A stretch of DNA of 62,832 bases, the filler included, from Phoronis australis (Eukaryota > Animalia > Phoronida): NCBI GenBank assembly GCA_002633005.1. It is 9 parts of 9 records of this genome, joined end to end, with 100 filler letters (N's around TTAATTAATTAA, not from the genome) between each part and the next. Parts side by side here need not be neighbours in the genome. Positions count along the whole stretch, not along the records: positions 12,772 to 21,269 come from NMRA01001888.1; positions 21,370 to 24,401 come from NMRA01003265.1; positions 24,502 to 35,300 come from NMRA01001732.1; 6 more parts are not named here. One strand, given 5' to 3'. The translations under genes and the position numbers were made by a program. The notes beneath the pieces were generated by a model. It had not been told where the DNA came from. It was given only the letters and a program-made list of their open reading frames with translations, and ran no database searches. Below are positions 14,638 through 30,067 of the stretch, piece after piece (position 1 is the stretch's first letter; each line of letters starts with the position of its first letter).

Positions 14638-15282
14638 TCAGTGAAGTCCCCATGTAACCGGCCTTCCCACGCCGTAACCCGGGGATAGGGGCAACTCCTG
14701 CCCAATTTCATTAAAGTCGACAACATTTTAGTGCTCATGTGGCCGGCGTAGGCCTACACACGCAGTAATTCGGGTAAAGGGGGAACCCTGCGAAAACTTT
14801 TTAGATGGTCATAATGAAACCCATGTTGGCGGAAATCCCCTCCAACTTGTTAGGCTGCAATATGACCTTAGAATGTTGATTATTTGTTATTTTCTTTAGG
14901 CAAACGTCTTTTCTTATAGTACATTCGTGAAAAGAGCCAGTGCAGAGCACGAAATTCAGCGCACAATTTGTCGTGTTAAATATTGTTCGAGTCTTGGCAA
15001 TGATAAGTTCTTTTCAAGAAGTAAATCATGCACGCACACGGGGGGCTCGAACGAGCCTCCCCATTTGGTGAAGAGGCAAAAAGGTCCGCCACAAAGTAAC
15101 AAAAAGTCCGAGAAAACGAGACACAAATGTCCACTAAAAAGACGAAGACGCATAGTTCACAATTCTGAAGGTGGTAACNTTCGTGAAAAGAGCCAGTGCA
15201 GAGCACGAAATTCAGCGCACAATTTGTCGTGTTAAATATTGTTCGAGTCTTGGCACTGATAAGTTCTTTTCAAGAAGTAAAT

Positions 15283-15538
15283 CGTGCACGCACACGGGGG
15301 GCTCGAGGGCTCGAACGAGCCTCCCCATTTGGTGAAGAGGCAAAAAGGTCCGCCACAAAGTAACAAAAAGTCCGAGAAAACGAGACACAAATGTCCACTA
15401 AAAAGACGCAGACGCATAGTTCACAATTCTGAAGGTGGTAACCCGTTTTTCTCTAGTCCTCCCGCTTTTTTTTTAGCAAAGGTCTACTTCGTCAGAAATT
15501 TGGCCCCCCCTCCATATTAAAGGTTGGATGCGCTCATG
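15283..15538. mobile_element. MITE (CATGCRCG...CGCTCATG family)
   Basis: Homologous to 57149-57416 (gaacgagc.tccccatttgg.gaa...ggcaaaaa.ggtccgcc). An empty-site counterpart lies at about 13580-13620. A partial duplicate at 15027-15178 abuts an N. Confidence 0.7.
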
Positions 15539-16670
15539 TGAATGGCACAGACGCCGAGAAGAACAGTTTGTCATCTACTTTTAAATCAAAATACGTCACG
15601 TCATACTTAGTTAGCTCGCTAAATGTCACAAGTGTAAAATTGTGCTAGTTATAAATTACTCGAACCTCGTGGGGTAATTTTGCACCTCATGAGAATTTCT
15701 TGTGATATTTTAATACCTTTCGAAGGGATATGGGGTCGACGTTCGGCTCCAAAATCAAGGGATTGAGGGCACCGAAAAAGTTATGGAGAGATTGTGCCGC
15801 GTTTGCATTCTCGGCTGCGGCCGAAAGAAAGCAAGGTAAAGTAAACGTCAATTTGTTACTTACCGTAATCGTTCGGGTTAACGCCCATGCTCAGTTAACC
15901 GCCCACCCCCTACTTTAGGTGAATTTCGATTTAACCGCCCACTGCTCGGTTAACCGCCCCCCTGCTATTTTTGAAGATTTCCAATTAACCGCCCACTGCT
16001 CGGTTAACCGCCCATCCCCTACTTTTGACGATTGGTGATTACCGCCCTGTGCTAATAGGAAACGCGAATCCCCGACCTTTTAGATTAAGATNTGTCCAAT
16101 TTTTTTTAAGGTCAACATCATTTAAATGCCCATGTACACACACAGGGGAACCCTACGCAAACCCATGCTGGCCCACATCCTTTCCAACTTATTACGGTGC
16201 AATATGACCTTGGAATGTTTTTCATTTTTACTTTTAGAGGAACATCTTTTCTTTTAGTACATTTATGAAAAGAGCCTGTCCATAACATCAAAAATAAAGT
16301 TCGGTCCTTAAACTGTGTTTGTGGGGGTTGGGAAAAGAAAAATTATTTGGCTCATAATTCTTGAAAATGGCTAAAAGTTTTCAGATGCTTTAGCCATTGC
16401 TTGCTAAATTTCATAAGAAACCATCAGAAGACCTCAAATTACCCTCTGTCAAACGGAAATTCCCAAAGTGACGGTCACAGAGCCACTTTTGGATGACTAT
16501 AAACCAAAACAATAACCAGATACACAATGTGCAATATGGGTATACTTCATGTCCATTGGAGGACAAAAAGAACCTATCATGCTAATAAGTATAAAGCAAA
16601 TTTACGACAGAGCAACAGGGCTCTGAGAAATTTCGCTATGCCAAGTAAAAAATATAGCGAGTCTTCAAAC

Positions 16671-16676
16671 TTTATT
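16671..16676 (-). promoter_or_regulatory. Candidate polyadenylation signal (AATAAA) of the ATP synthase beta gene
   Basis: tttatt on plus, about 300 nt downstream of the stop codon. Confidence 0.45.
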
Positions 16677-16978
16677 ACCACAACACAATTTCTGGTTTGA
16701 ACACACCTTGATAAATTTTACTTTCACTCTTCCATATTTAAATACAAAACCTACAGAGAGAGCACATGACTTCCCAATGGTGGAGTCAGCCATTTATCAC
16801 TCCACGTGCTCATGACAACCCAAAATTCTACCGCAGTTCCCTTGTTTCGGCATACATAAAACTATTGGTGATCACAGAATCAGAAACCAAACTTGATCCT
16901 ACAAGCGCAACTTGACGTCAACAAAGTGAAGATTACCATCAGTTTATATACATGGATCAACCTATTCTCTAAAACTTA

Positions 16979-19181
<2,203 letters not shown>

Positions 19182-19478
19182 CTGGTAGGGACCAGTGACA
19201 GGTGAGAGTTGATCATCTTCACAACATATTTGACATTTCACCAGACAATGAGATGAACTATTGCCCACAATGAGGACATCAGACATTTTACACTACTATA
19301 ATAGCAACGATGAAGCGTGCTGCCACTAATGTAAGCAGGGCTTGGAATGACTTATGACAAAAAAGATTTTTTTCAGGAGATGTATTGTTCCACAAATAGG
19401 TGTGCACGATAGAAATGAAACCAAATTTCATTAAAATTCATCAACTTCAGAGAAACAGAGGAAAATGAAAAAAAATGA

Positions 19479-20574
19479 AATTGCCACTAGGGGCACAGCA
19501 TTTGTGGGATCCCTCTAAAAGTTATTGTTCTCTTGTTAACTTTATATAAATACACGAGCTAAATTTAATAAAGATCCTGCAGAGGGCTTAGAAGATACAA
19601 GTATGGGTGCAAAAAAACAAAATCACCACTAGGAGGTGCCACAGTAGTCGAAGTCGTCGGAAATTACTTGTCAACCGTCCCCTTCATAGAAAGAACATAT
19701 ATTCCAACTTTCACAATCATCCTTAGAGTGGTTTGGTTGACAGAAGGAGGGACGCCAAAAAACAGACTCAAAAACAACAAAAATGGCCACTAGGTGGCGC
19801 AAAATACCTTGAATCAATCCGAAGATCAATGGCTAGCGTCACCTCACTAATAGATGTATATGAGCTAAATTTTATGGAAATCAGTGGAGGACCTTTGAAG
19901 ATACGGAGGTTAACGTAAAAAACTATAATTGCCACTAGGGAGCACACCGGTAGACCGATCTGTCCGAAATTCGCTGTCGTCTGTTGTCAACTTCATATAA
20001 ATACATTTGCTTAATTTAATAAAGATCCTGTAGACCGTATAGGAGATACAGCCATGGGCGCAAAAACAAACAAAACTGCCACTAGGAGGCGCCACAGTAA
20101 TCAAAGTCGCCAGAAAATCATCGTCAACTGTCTTCTTCATAGTAAGAACATGTATGCCAATTTTCACAGTCATCCTTCAAGTGGTTTGGTTGTTAGAGGG
20201 GCAGACGCCAAAAAACGACTCGAAAATAGTAAAAATGGCTACAAGATGGCGAAAAATGCCTCAAATCCATCAGAAAACCAGAGGATAGCGTCAACTTATT
20301 TATAGTCTATGTGCCAAATTTCACGAAAATCGGTTAAGGGCCTTTGAAAATACAGAGGTAAACGTAAAAAAACTAAAATTGCCACTAGAGGGCACAGCAG
20401 TATTCGGGTCGGTCCGAAACTCGTCACCCTCTGTCGTCAATCCCATAGGAACACACCTGCCAAATTTCAATAAGATCCTGCAAGGGGTTTAGGAGATACA
20501 GCCGCGGACGCCGGATGCCCAGACAGAGATGACGGCAATGTGCGACCACATATAAATATGTGGGCACATAAAAA
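19479..20574. mobile_element. Helentron/HINE (pearl-like) non-autonomous element with about 450-bp internal tandem units
   Basis: Units begin aattgccactag at about 19479, 19928 and 20378. The terminus has a short palindrome (ccacatataaatatgtgg) followed by cataaaaa. A related terminus occurs in reverse orientation at 53139-53330. The family assignment is inference. Confidence 0.6.
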
Positions 20575-20584
20575 CAAAGTGGCT

Positions 20585-21269
20585 AAGGGCTGTTCCAGCA
20601 AAATCTGTATGGGAGGGGGGGGAAGGCACTTTTATTTCGTACCCACCGCCCATATTTTTCATTTATTTCTCCAACCCATGACCCATAATTTTTTAATTAT
20701 TTTTGATAGGTTAAAATATAAAATCCAACACTTGCAAACAAACTGCCACCAGGATGACCTGTTAAGAACTTAGATGATTGACAGACAAGGACTAGTCGTC
20801 TTGTCCAATATTGTCAAAAACTAAAGTAGCCTGTGAGCAATACTTTCGGCAGCCACCAGGTGTCTCTGTTCACCATGTGTCTATAATTTCAATGAACATT
20901 TTTTCAATTACAAGGATCTATGAATCTCAAACTGTCTCCACAAACTCTTTTATACTTCTATGTCAAGTGAATATTGGAACTTGTTTATCTTACTCCTCAT
21001 ACTTTTTTTTTAAAAATCATCAATTTTCTTATATGTGTTAACACCAGTTTAGTGTTGCATAACTTTTCAGTTCAATAGGACTGCAGACAAACAATTGGCT
21101 CATATCAAGTTGCCCATGACTTTATTAATGGCTTAGTGAACATATTGCATTCTGTTCACTGGCAATATGGGCTTTTTTGTTTTGGGATAAGTTAGGGCTG
21201 TTCCAGCAAAATCTGTATGGGAGGGGGGGGAAGGCACTTTTATTTCGTACCCACCGCCCATATTTTTCA
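20585..21269. repeat. Two direct copies of a repeat terminus of about 75 bp (about 20585-20661 and 21194-21269)
   Basis: agggctgttccagcaaaatctgtatgggaggggggg...cccatatttttca occurs twice. The second copy is cut by a linker. Confidence 0.85.
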
Positions 21270-23391
21270 NNNNNNNNNNNNNNNNNNNNNNNNNNNNNNN
21301 NNNNNNNNNNNNNTTAATTAATTAANNNNNNNNNNNNNNNNNNNNNNNNNNNNNNNNNNNNNNNNNNNNACCTAACTTAAATCTCTTTCAAGAACCAAAG
21401 ACAACATGCAATACAACAAGTAAAAACCCTTCTCAAGAATTGACCAGGGCCTGTGACCATCAAACTTTACTCAAACTCTTCAATTACTCTGAGACTTTTA
21501 CTGGAGAACTATTCTTGAGTTGCTATAGAAGAAACATATTAAGCACATTTGGAAACTTAAATGCCCTCCAGAGTAGTCAATGAATTCTTCAGTGAAGGAA
21601 ATGAGAAAACGACAATTTTTGTATTTTTCAAATGAAAAAGTGTAGGCATCACAACCATTGACAGCATCGTGGCAAAAAAATTCCAACTCAAACACATTTT
21701 TTTCAGTTTGTCAAAATGATGGGCTGACCAGGGGTGAGTTTGGGGGCATATGACTAGCCATGTGAGCAGGGATTCGGGATAAATGAGATTTAACCTCAAA
21801 AGGGCTAACTATAGATGGTGCGACAAACACTGTGAGCAAAGAATTCATGGATAGTACATTCAGTTTGATTCAGTATGAGAAAAACACCATTTTAAACACA
21901 TTTTACAGGAGATCACTCAACTTCTACATATTCCTGTGGAGCTAATAGGGTGCATATTTACCAGTTATCTATGTAATTTGTATAAATTGGATGAACTTGA
22001 TTGAGCTTTCAAGAGAAACAAAAGTTAAAATGTTTAAGTGCATCATGTCTCATTAGGTAAGGTATGACATGGTGCAATCGCTAACTTTTTCTACTTGGAC
22101 GATTCTGGGCTGGGTTGCGTAACACTTCAATGCTTGTGCAGCAGACATATTTTGTTAATTTACAGGAGCTGGTATCAATGGTGAAATGTCTGCTGCTGAG
22201 TTAGAAGTATGAAATCAACATGGACAAAAATAACTTTGATTTGAATGTTCCACGTATTATATGCTACCCCTATATGCTGACACTCTTGGGTCAAGTGGTT
22301 AGGTCAATTGAACCAATTTTGGCACAATAGCCAAAGTGATATAATTGGACCATTATTCAGCAGAACAGTTTATATAGTTTAAAAAGATCAGCGTAATTTC
22401 ACCTAATTTGAGGACACATTGTGTAGCAGAGTAACAGACTATTCGCACAGCACAACGGAAACAAAGAATGCAATGTGTCAAAATGTAATTTGCCCAAATG
22501 CTCTCACACAAAATAATATCAGAATGAGCCAAGGATTAACATTAAGTATAGAAAGTGCCTCACAGAGCACACATTACCCTTTGGGCAGTTGTGTAATTTT
22601 GACAAGTACAGTGTAATGATTGGAAATAACTGCATTGTGATTATATACACAGTTATAAACACAAACCATGACCCTGTAAACCCTGTGGAAGGGAACAGGC
22701 TGTAAAGTTCATCAGAAAGCTACAATGCACAAACCCAGGAATCTACAGAGTTTATCCACATCATTCATAGCCATGTCCATTACAACATCCTTTGCCTAGT
22801 TCTAATTTAATAGAAATAATTACGTTGCCGCTACTTTACTTACAATTAAACCAGTTGAAATCAATTAAATATAACAATGGGGTAAGAATCTAGTAATTGA
22901 AAATATCCTGACAATTACAACCCAGTTCATATAACATTGGATTAACTCCGTGCAATCCTTTGAATGACAATAGGGTAGATTTGAAATTCATATTCCTCTG
23001 GTTTTGTCAAGTGTTAATTGAGTGCTCAGACCAGCAGCACTTCCCTCACACAAAGAATCTGATTGAAACAATAGCATAAACATGACTTGCGTGTCAAGAT
23101 CTGTTCTACAATGCTGATATCGTCAGTGTGTAATGGAATTGGACTATTTACAGTTAATTTTAAAACGTAAAAAATACTCAGAAGTCATGAGGCTTCATCA
23201 GAAAGTAGACATGGATACTGATAAGCAAAGGCTGAACATAGACAATCAGAAAATTAGCGACAGAAAATTAAGGGAAAACGGTTAGATACAACTATATTTT
23301 AAAGTTTGTAAACTTAAAAACTCCCAACACAACAGCATACGGTATGTGGCAACTCTACTAGAAGGTTCATCATGTTGAATACATTCACACT

Positions 23392-23455
23392 ACTAGTGCT
23401 GGCTAGTGCTGTCTAGTGCTTTCTAGTGCTGGCTTGTGCTGTCTAGTGCTTTCTG
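23392..23455. repeat. 10-bp minisatellite (CTAGTGCTKK) x6
   Basis: ctagtgctgg / ctagtgctgt / ctagtgcttt units. Confidence 0.8.
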
Positions 23456-23555
23456 GGTTCAACTCCAACTGTTGAACACTATATTTTTCATAATGAACAT
23501 TTAAGAAATGCTAGGGGTAAAACCTATAAACACATTATCCATGTCATGTACCTAC

Positions 23556-24401
23556 CGTTTATGACGACATTGGTGGAGGCAGGTTGACCGTTCCCAAGGC
23601 GATTTTGTGGTGTGCAGGTGTACCGCCCATGATTTTGTAGTGTTGCCGTGGTGATCACATGCAGGCCGGATGTGGTGGCTAGGTTACTGCCGTCCTTCTG
23701 CCAACTGTATAGGGCTGCAGGTACACCTGAAATAGTTGATTTCACTTTCAAGATTAAGAGAATAAAACAGAATTCAACTGCCTTTGAGTTTGCACGATGC
23801 TTTTACTCTAATTAGGTTTCAATAACAAATGTGGTGATTTCCATACTCTGTGTATAAGGGAAAATTCACTGACATATTCACAACAGTGTACAAAATATGC
23901 CTTTTCCTTATCCCCAAGAACGTGTATAAAAATGCCAAAATTTTTATAAACCAGAATTCTTAAATTTTACATAAACTATGTAAATATGGACGGCGTTATG
24001 AAAGTGCCCAGACGTTGGCATTAAAGAAACACGATGCCATTAAAGCTGTCAAATAATTTCTTGCATTGTTAACAATTCAAAAAACAATAAATAAAGGGCT
24101 TGTTATTGTGTTTTTCTGCATGGCCATTTTTATGACACCTCCCTCACTAAAGCGCACACTAGTGAAAATGGCGATTATCAAGACTAGAACCTAAAATCTG
24201 TATTTTCTTATTTCTAGCATCCAAAAGAAGACAAAATGGTGATGCCACAAGGCAAATGATGCATTTGCAGAACAGAGCATAAAATGATAAGACACCTGTG
24301 TTAAGCATTCACTCACCGGCATTCGGTGCTGTGCAATTCAGTTCGACCCTGTCACCGACCATGTAATACCCCAACACTCCTGTGATCTGTGCAGGACCAG
24401 G
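23556..24401 (-). CDS. Immunoglobulin-superfamily protein fragment (one Ig domain split over two exons)
   Basis: Exon 24401-24317 (truncated by the linker; PGPAQITGVLGYYMVGDRVELNCTAPNA-G, donor GTGAGT) splices in phase 1 to exon 23726-23556 (VPAALYSWQKDG...NHGRYTCTPQNRLG...VVIN-G). Canonical Ig C...W...G-x-Y-x-C pattern. Confidence 0.88.
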
Positions 24402-24700
24402 NNNNNNNNNNNNNNNNNNNNNNNNNNNNNNNNNNNNNNNNNNNNTTAATTAATTAANNNNNNNNNNNNNNNNNNNNNNNNNNNNNNNNNNNNNNNNNNN
24501 NCTAATACAATTGGCTAATTCTTGTACAAACATGCGAAAATAATAAGCTCTTCATACAGCTATTGGGTGCTTCGAAGTGAATATCGGCGAATGCATTTCT
24601 CATGTAAGGATAACACTATGAACGCTGTTGAGTTGCAAAATGCAATTCTTTTAATTCTTATAAATTTTTGTATGAATGTAATCGTTATTATGTTATTTCT

Positions 24701-24836
24701 TATTTTCACAACCAGAAAAGCATTTGGAACAGTCTCACCACCACGTCACCTAGTGTCCACTAGCTTTTGGAAGATGGCTCAGTGCTGAGAGGAGCCGAAA
24801 CTGTCAAGATACCAATGCTTTTCTGGTTGTAAAAAT
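24701..24836. mobile_element. Small hairpin MITE-like element
   Basis: Inverted arms of about 26 bp: tattttcacaaccagaaaagcatttgg / ccaatgcttttctggttgtaaaaata. Confidence 0.6.
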
Positions 24837-27531
24837 AAATAATCAATTTGCACTCTACCAACCTCATGAAATTATTCAGTGGTATTGTGTTAAGTTACTT
24901 CGTCCATTGGGCCTCTTCCCACGAAAGTCTTCCATAAGAGAACGCCACCATCATAAATCCCTCTGCCTAGGCACATGAAAATGCATGTGAAGCCACGGTG
25001 ACGCATTTCAGATTCAATAAAAGATCTCCACCTTGTCGCGCGTTGCTCGGAAACCCCCTTCCTTCTGAGATTTCTTAATGTACAAACTGAACTCTCACAT
25101 CACGAGAAATTACGAATGAATTCGCCCTTAAAAGGACAGCCTTCTCTGGTATAATTATAGTAATGCACCCGGCGTCATTAGCGCAAAACAATTTCATTGT
25201 ACTGTGAATACTCGATCCAACGGGACCATTAGAATTGGAAGCTAAAAAGGACAAAAATTAACATAGCCCATATGTCCTCCAAGTTGGCCCATATACTTGA
25301 GACCGTGTGGGCCAATTCACTCATACCCAAGTTTTTTTCTGAAACGATCCTTGCCTTCTAAGAGACGTGCATCCCTTCTGCCGTACCCTTGCGCTTTAGG
25401 TGGCGAAGTTCAGAATTCACGTGACTGTCCAATTTATAGCAATTGCACTTCCAATACTAAACTTAGCGTCTGGTTGCTGGTTGTTGAAATCCGCTTCAGT
25501 CAGTATTACATCTTTGCATTCTGTACTTTTAGCGATAAAATGCAAATATGGTGTCAGTGTATCACGTCAAGGTACAGTTGCAAAAATGCAAGTTTGTTGG
25601 GGTCGAATCAATTTAAGACAAAGGGAAGGAGCTATGGGGTTTGAGTCACACGAACATAGGTTTAAAACGTTAAAGCTGAAACAGGCTAACAAGCACTGTT
25701 TTAAATAAACCGAACAATGCAACGAAAAATCATTAAATCTTTCACAAAATGACCACTTGTCAAATTCAAGGTGATTTCAGGCTTCAGGAGAACTGACTGG
25801 TATTTATTGTTTGAAACTAGGCTTTACCCTTTGATATGTCACGGCACACGGGGCATTCCATGCACCGAGCATGCCGGACTAGTTTGATTCCAAAGAATAA
25901 CGGACTGTAAGGAACAAGTTGATGCCATTTTTGCGGTAAGCGATCTAAATCAAAACTCCGCTTCTTGACCAAAGCGTAAAGGTTTTAGTAGCGTTTGAAT
26001 TGTAGGCCTTGTTTCCTGAGGTCGTGGTCAGATTGTTCTGACAAAGATGTTTCAAAAAACCACATTCCATCCCTTTCGCTTTTAGAAAAAAATCGAAGTT
26101 AGAACTAAAGTAGTTTGCCCTATAAAATCTGTTTGAGATTTTCTTCGTTGCCACGAAGAATATGAAACGCGAGATAAAAACGGTTCGGAAAACAATAGGT
26201 CTGGCAATTCAAATCGCAGGTTATCTCGCAATTTCAGTTGAACATAGAAGACGATGTTGCCCTAGCAAGAACACTTCTAATCCAGTTTGATGGGCTTAAT
26301 TAGTGTAATCTGAATTCGTTGTGATATTCTTTCGCAGGAACACCATTACTGGTGTCGAGAATACTTGTAAAGGAAAAAACAATCACGCTGAAGCCTGAAT
26401 GATTCCTAAATTTCATTTGAATGATTTGTGCAAATTCAACGGCTTCTTAATAATATTGCTTCAATACAACACAAAACATAACCATGTCTCCTGTGTAAAA
26501 AATAAATCACTTTAATTTTACCGTCGATTTTTTGTTAGCGTACACGGCATGCCGTGTAGGGCCATTGGGGTCGTGTATTCGAAGCATCACGACTGGTTTG
26601 TTAAATTAAATGGCCTTGTCTATGGCTGAGTTGACAAGCCTCTACGTTAAAAAGTAAGATAAGTTCTGCCTATCTGCCTATGAAGAAAAGATATTTTTTT
26701 GAAGAAATATGAAGGCGATGTACAAGATTTTCAAAGGTTCTTCTTTACTAGTCAAAAAGGATGCAAGTGCAGAGTAGAACCAGACATGTTTTGACAGCCT
26801 GAATTCATTTTTTTATTTTTTCCAGACGGCATCTGGTGTGACAGTCAGACCAGACTGTGTTTCAGAGTTTGAAAGCTTGAAACTACACAAAAGCCACAGA
26901 TACATCATTTACTCTATTCAAAATGATCTCAAAGAGATCGGGATTGCAGTGAAAGGGACACGTGGTACAGTAAAACTCGCACAAGTCGGACACGCATAAG
27001 TCGGATCTTCAGAGTTTCGCGGTACGGTTGTTATAGTTTGTGCAATTGGTCCTTCAGACGAAACAGCGTCGTTATACGCACATTCACACAAACCCCATTG
27101 GTTGCATGAAATTTCAAGTTGCTTTCTCTGTTGACACACGAATCGTTCATGTTCTCGATGAGGGTGAAACGTTGTAACTATGTACGCTAGAGCCAGAACA
27201 TAAATACTAGTCACGCATAAACTACTGTGTCTAGCAGTAAGGATAAAACTAGTAATTAAGCGAGATTCTCACTATCCGTTTGGATCCGACTTACGCGTGG
27301 CGCTGTTAATATAGTATTCCTGAAAATAAGAAACATTTTTACAGTCACTTTAAAAGTTTGTTGAAAAGTTCAAATATAAACAAAATACAGCCGTCCTTGA
27401 ATATCTCCTGTATGATATTTGCATTGTAACATATTAAAGGCTGATTTGGAGTGTACTCCAATTATACATTTGCAGTGCAACAAGTTTTTTTTTGAAATGC
27501 TGTTTTGCTGATTTGACACTGAAAAGTCCAG

Positions 27532-27961
27532 TGACCTGTTGCATGAAACAGACCTAAATAGGGACTCAACTAAGTTCCCTAAATCTTCTGGGTATTTTTG
27601 GACTTCTGAAAAACACTGATTGTCCATTCTTATGATGTTTTAGTTTCATTACTAGGTCAGTGTTTGGATTTGATACAAATCGAGATTGAACTTTATGTTG
27701 AATTCTCAAAATTATTGAAAATAAGCACGGAAATTTTCATACAACACCTCTGATTTATGGACTAAGTCCCTGTTTATTATCATTCAACTAATGTCTCAGT
27801 TTTTAGTTGTATAATTAGAAAATGTGCCGGTCAAAGATGAGTTAACAATGAAGATGATAGATAGAAAAGTATTACATGTTAATAAAGAACGACGCTAATA
27901 CGCTATAGATTTAGGGACCTTAGTTGAGTCCCTATTTGGAACCGTTTCATGCAACCGGGCA
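27532..27961. mobile_element. PIF/Harbinger-type MITE, 430 bp
   Basis: Imperfect TIRs of about 55 bp (cc.gttgcatgaaac...aaatagggactcaactaag.tccctaaatct), flanked by a 3-bp CAG direct repeat (27529-27531 and 27962-27964). Confidence 0.8.
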
Positions 27962-30067
27962 CAGAACTGTTCGGATGAGGTAGAAGTTGTATTTGTAGAC
28001 ATCGCTGGCGGATCTAGGGTTTCACGAGAGTAGCCAACCGCAGTCCTCAAGAGACACGTTCCCGTTAGGTTGTCTAAAACCAATATGCTGTGTCGTTTTC
28101 AGCCAAGCCTGTAGAGTGAATGCCTCCTATTAAATTTGTGAGAGTACTTCTGTTGTTGAATTCCATTTCAGCTGCATCGTATGGTGATTTTGTAAGGGAT
28201 ATTCTCAGGTCGTCAGGGTTTGGATTTCAACCTGCTGATCGGTTAGAATGTCGATATGCTGTGTACGACTATGAATTCAAAATAGGGGAATCAATGAGAA
28301 GTAAGCTGGTCTTTATTATGTGGTAAGTAACATGTAGTCGCTGGAGCATTATCATCCCGATGTCCAAAATACTGTTTTCTTCAAAAACTCATTTTGCTAA
28401 GTAAGCATATACGCCTAAGCTTCAATTATGGGCGGAGGTTGGTGTTTATTGGACACCTGCAGGTCCACTGAACCGGATCTTATTTTGCGCGTGTCTATTC
28501 TTGCCACTTTCCATTTATTCTAAAGTAAAACACATCAATAGCTACTATGTTGTTATGGTCAATGATAAGTCATACTCCACTGGTGTTCCAGCTTAAAACT
28601 CCCTTAGTTGTGCGCACGGTAATAGTGCTTATCACTCCTAGACATGACTCATGAATACAACTTCTTGTGCACGGGATATATGTCTGTATTCATGCAGTGC
28701 AAATTGTTCTTAGAGTATTTGTGAGTCACAATATTCAGCACATTACAATATATGTGGTGCTCCTGTGAATAGGATTGTATTCATGAGGTGGAGGAGCTTG
28801 AGAAAGAGTGTCTAGCTTGTAGGAAATCGGAAGTGATTCGTTCATTGCCTGATTTATTGTTGAGTAGGTACAATACTAGCATTGACGTAAACGTGCCTAC
28901 TAACACGTGTGCTTTAGGTGTTCCTTGGTCTAGAACTTCTTAGAATTGGATAATTTTGCGTGCAATTTGCTTTATACTTTACAAAATTTTGAAGGAACCC
29001 TGAAATGGCTCCAGTCAAGCAGAAAATGGTTTACTCAAGCAGCAAAGCCGCTTTGGTTAAAAAGCTGAACGGAGTTCAGAAAGAGATGCAAGCGTGTGAC
29101 GAAGACGAATTGACGGAAGGATGTATTCTTGAGAAATGTATGGACAAGGCTCGTACCTGAGATCAGCTGTGGAACAAAAATCTGAGCTCAATAAACTTTT
29201 TCGTTGTTAGTTCCAGTTTACTTCTGTTTTTGTAATAGTGCCATAAATTGCTGTCAACTTTTTGATCTGGTGATTGGAAACGAATTTTCGATGAATTGTT
29301 GAGATCTAAGATCTGCTTGAATAGAGTGATGTCAGGGTTTTGAAGTTGCTGTTTTTGTTCGTTGACCACGAAGTGCAAGATTTGTCTGGGGATGGAACTG
29401 GGGATGATTTCCATTTATTTTGTGTGCCTTGACGCAATCGTTTAAAAGCATGAATTGACCTATCGCAAGCTCCGCCCCCTTGCGAAAAGTCGACAAACAA
29501 ACAATAAATTTTACCCGGCAACGTGTTGTTTGTGGGGTAAATGGCGTCTTGGAAACGAATGCTGCGGTCCGATTTTGTCAGTTAATTAGTCACTCAAAAT
29601 TCTGGCGACAGGTCAATTCCAATCCATTTCATCTGATCACATCCACAGGTATAATTTAACGGGTAATAGCGCCATAAAGATGATTTTGAAAGGTTTACCT
29701 CAAATATTAATTCCTAACGGCGTAAATTAATAATTTAGGTGCGTAATTTTAATTGACGCCGTTAGAAGTTAATTTGCGTCACAAATAATTAATTTACACG
29801 TCATTAATGTTAGCTCACGCCGTAAATAATTAGTTAACACCATTAAAAGTTAATTTACACCGTAAAGATTTAGTTTCCGTGTTTAAAATTTTAGTCACGC
29901 GATTAACAAAAATTAATTTAGGCACCCATTTAGCTTATGATAGCGTAGGACCGGCAATAATCTTAGCTACATCATTCACACTGGTATGATCTGTTGTTGT
30001 TGCAGCCGCAAGTCATCAAGACATATATCAACTTCTAATTAATCGGAATGTCGAGTGTTCATTTTAA

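Noticed and set aside
14925-15442. Near-identical tandem duplication of about 255 bp and ORFs 14927-15235 / 15284-15520
   Set aside because: The copies meet at a single N (15179), typical of overlapping contig ends or two alleles. The ORFs lie in a MITE.
19373-19444. Intronic C/D snoRNA candidate in the ATP synthase gene (TGATGA…CTGA on minus)
   Set aside because: No terminal stem or recognisable guide, and it borders the repeat element.
28100-29500. Possible decayed coding region (ORF 29163-29414 and neighbours)
   Set aside because: No recognisable motif and many stops. A translated profile search would be needed.
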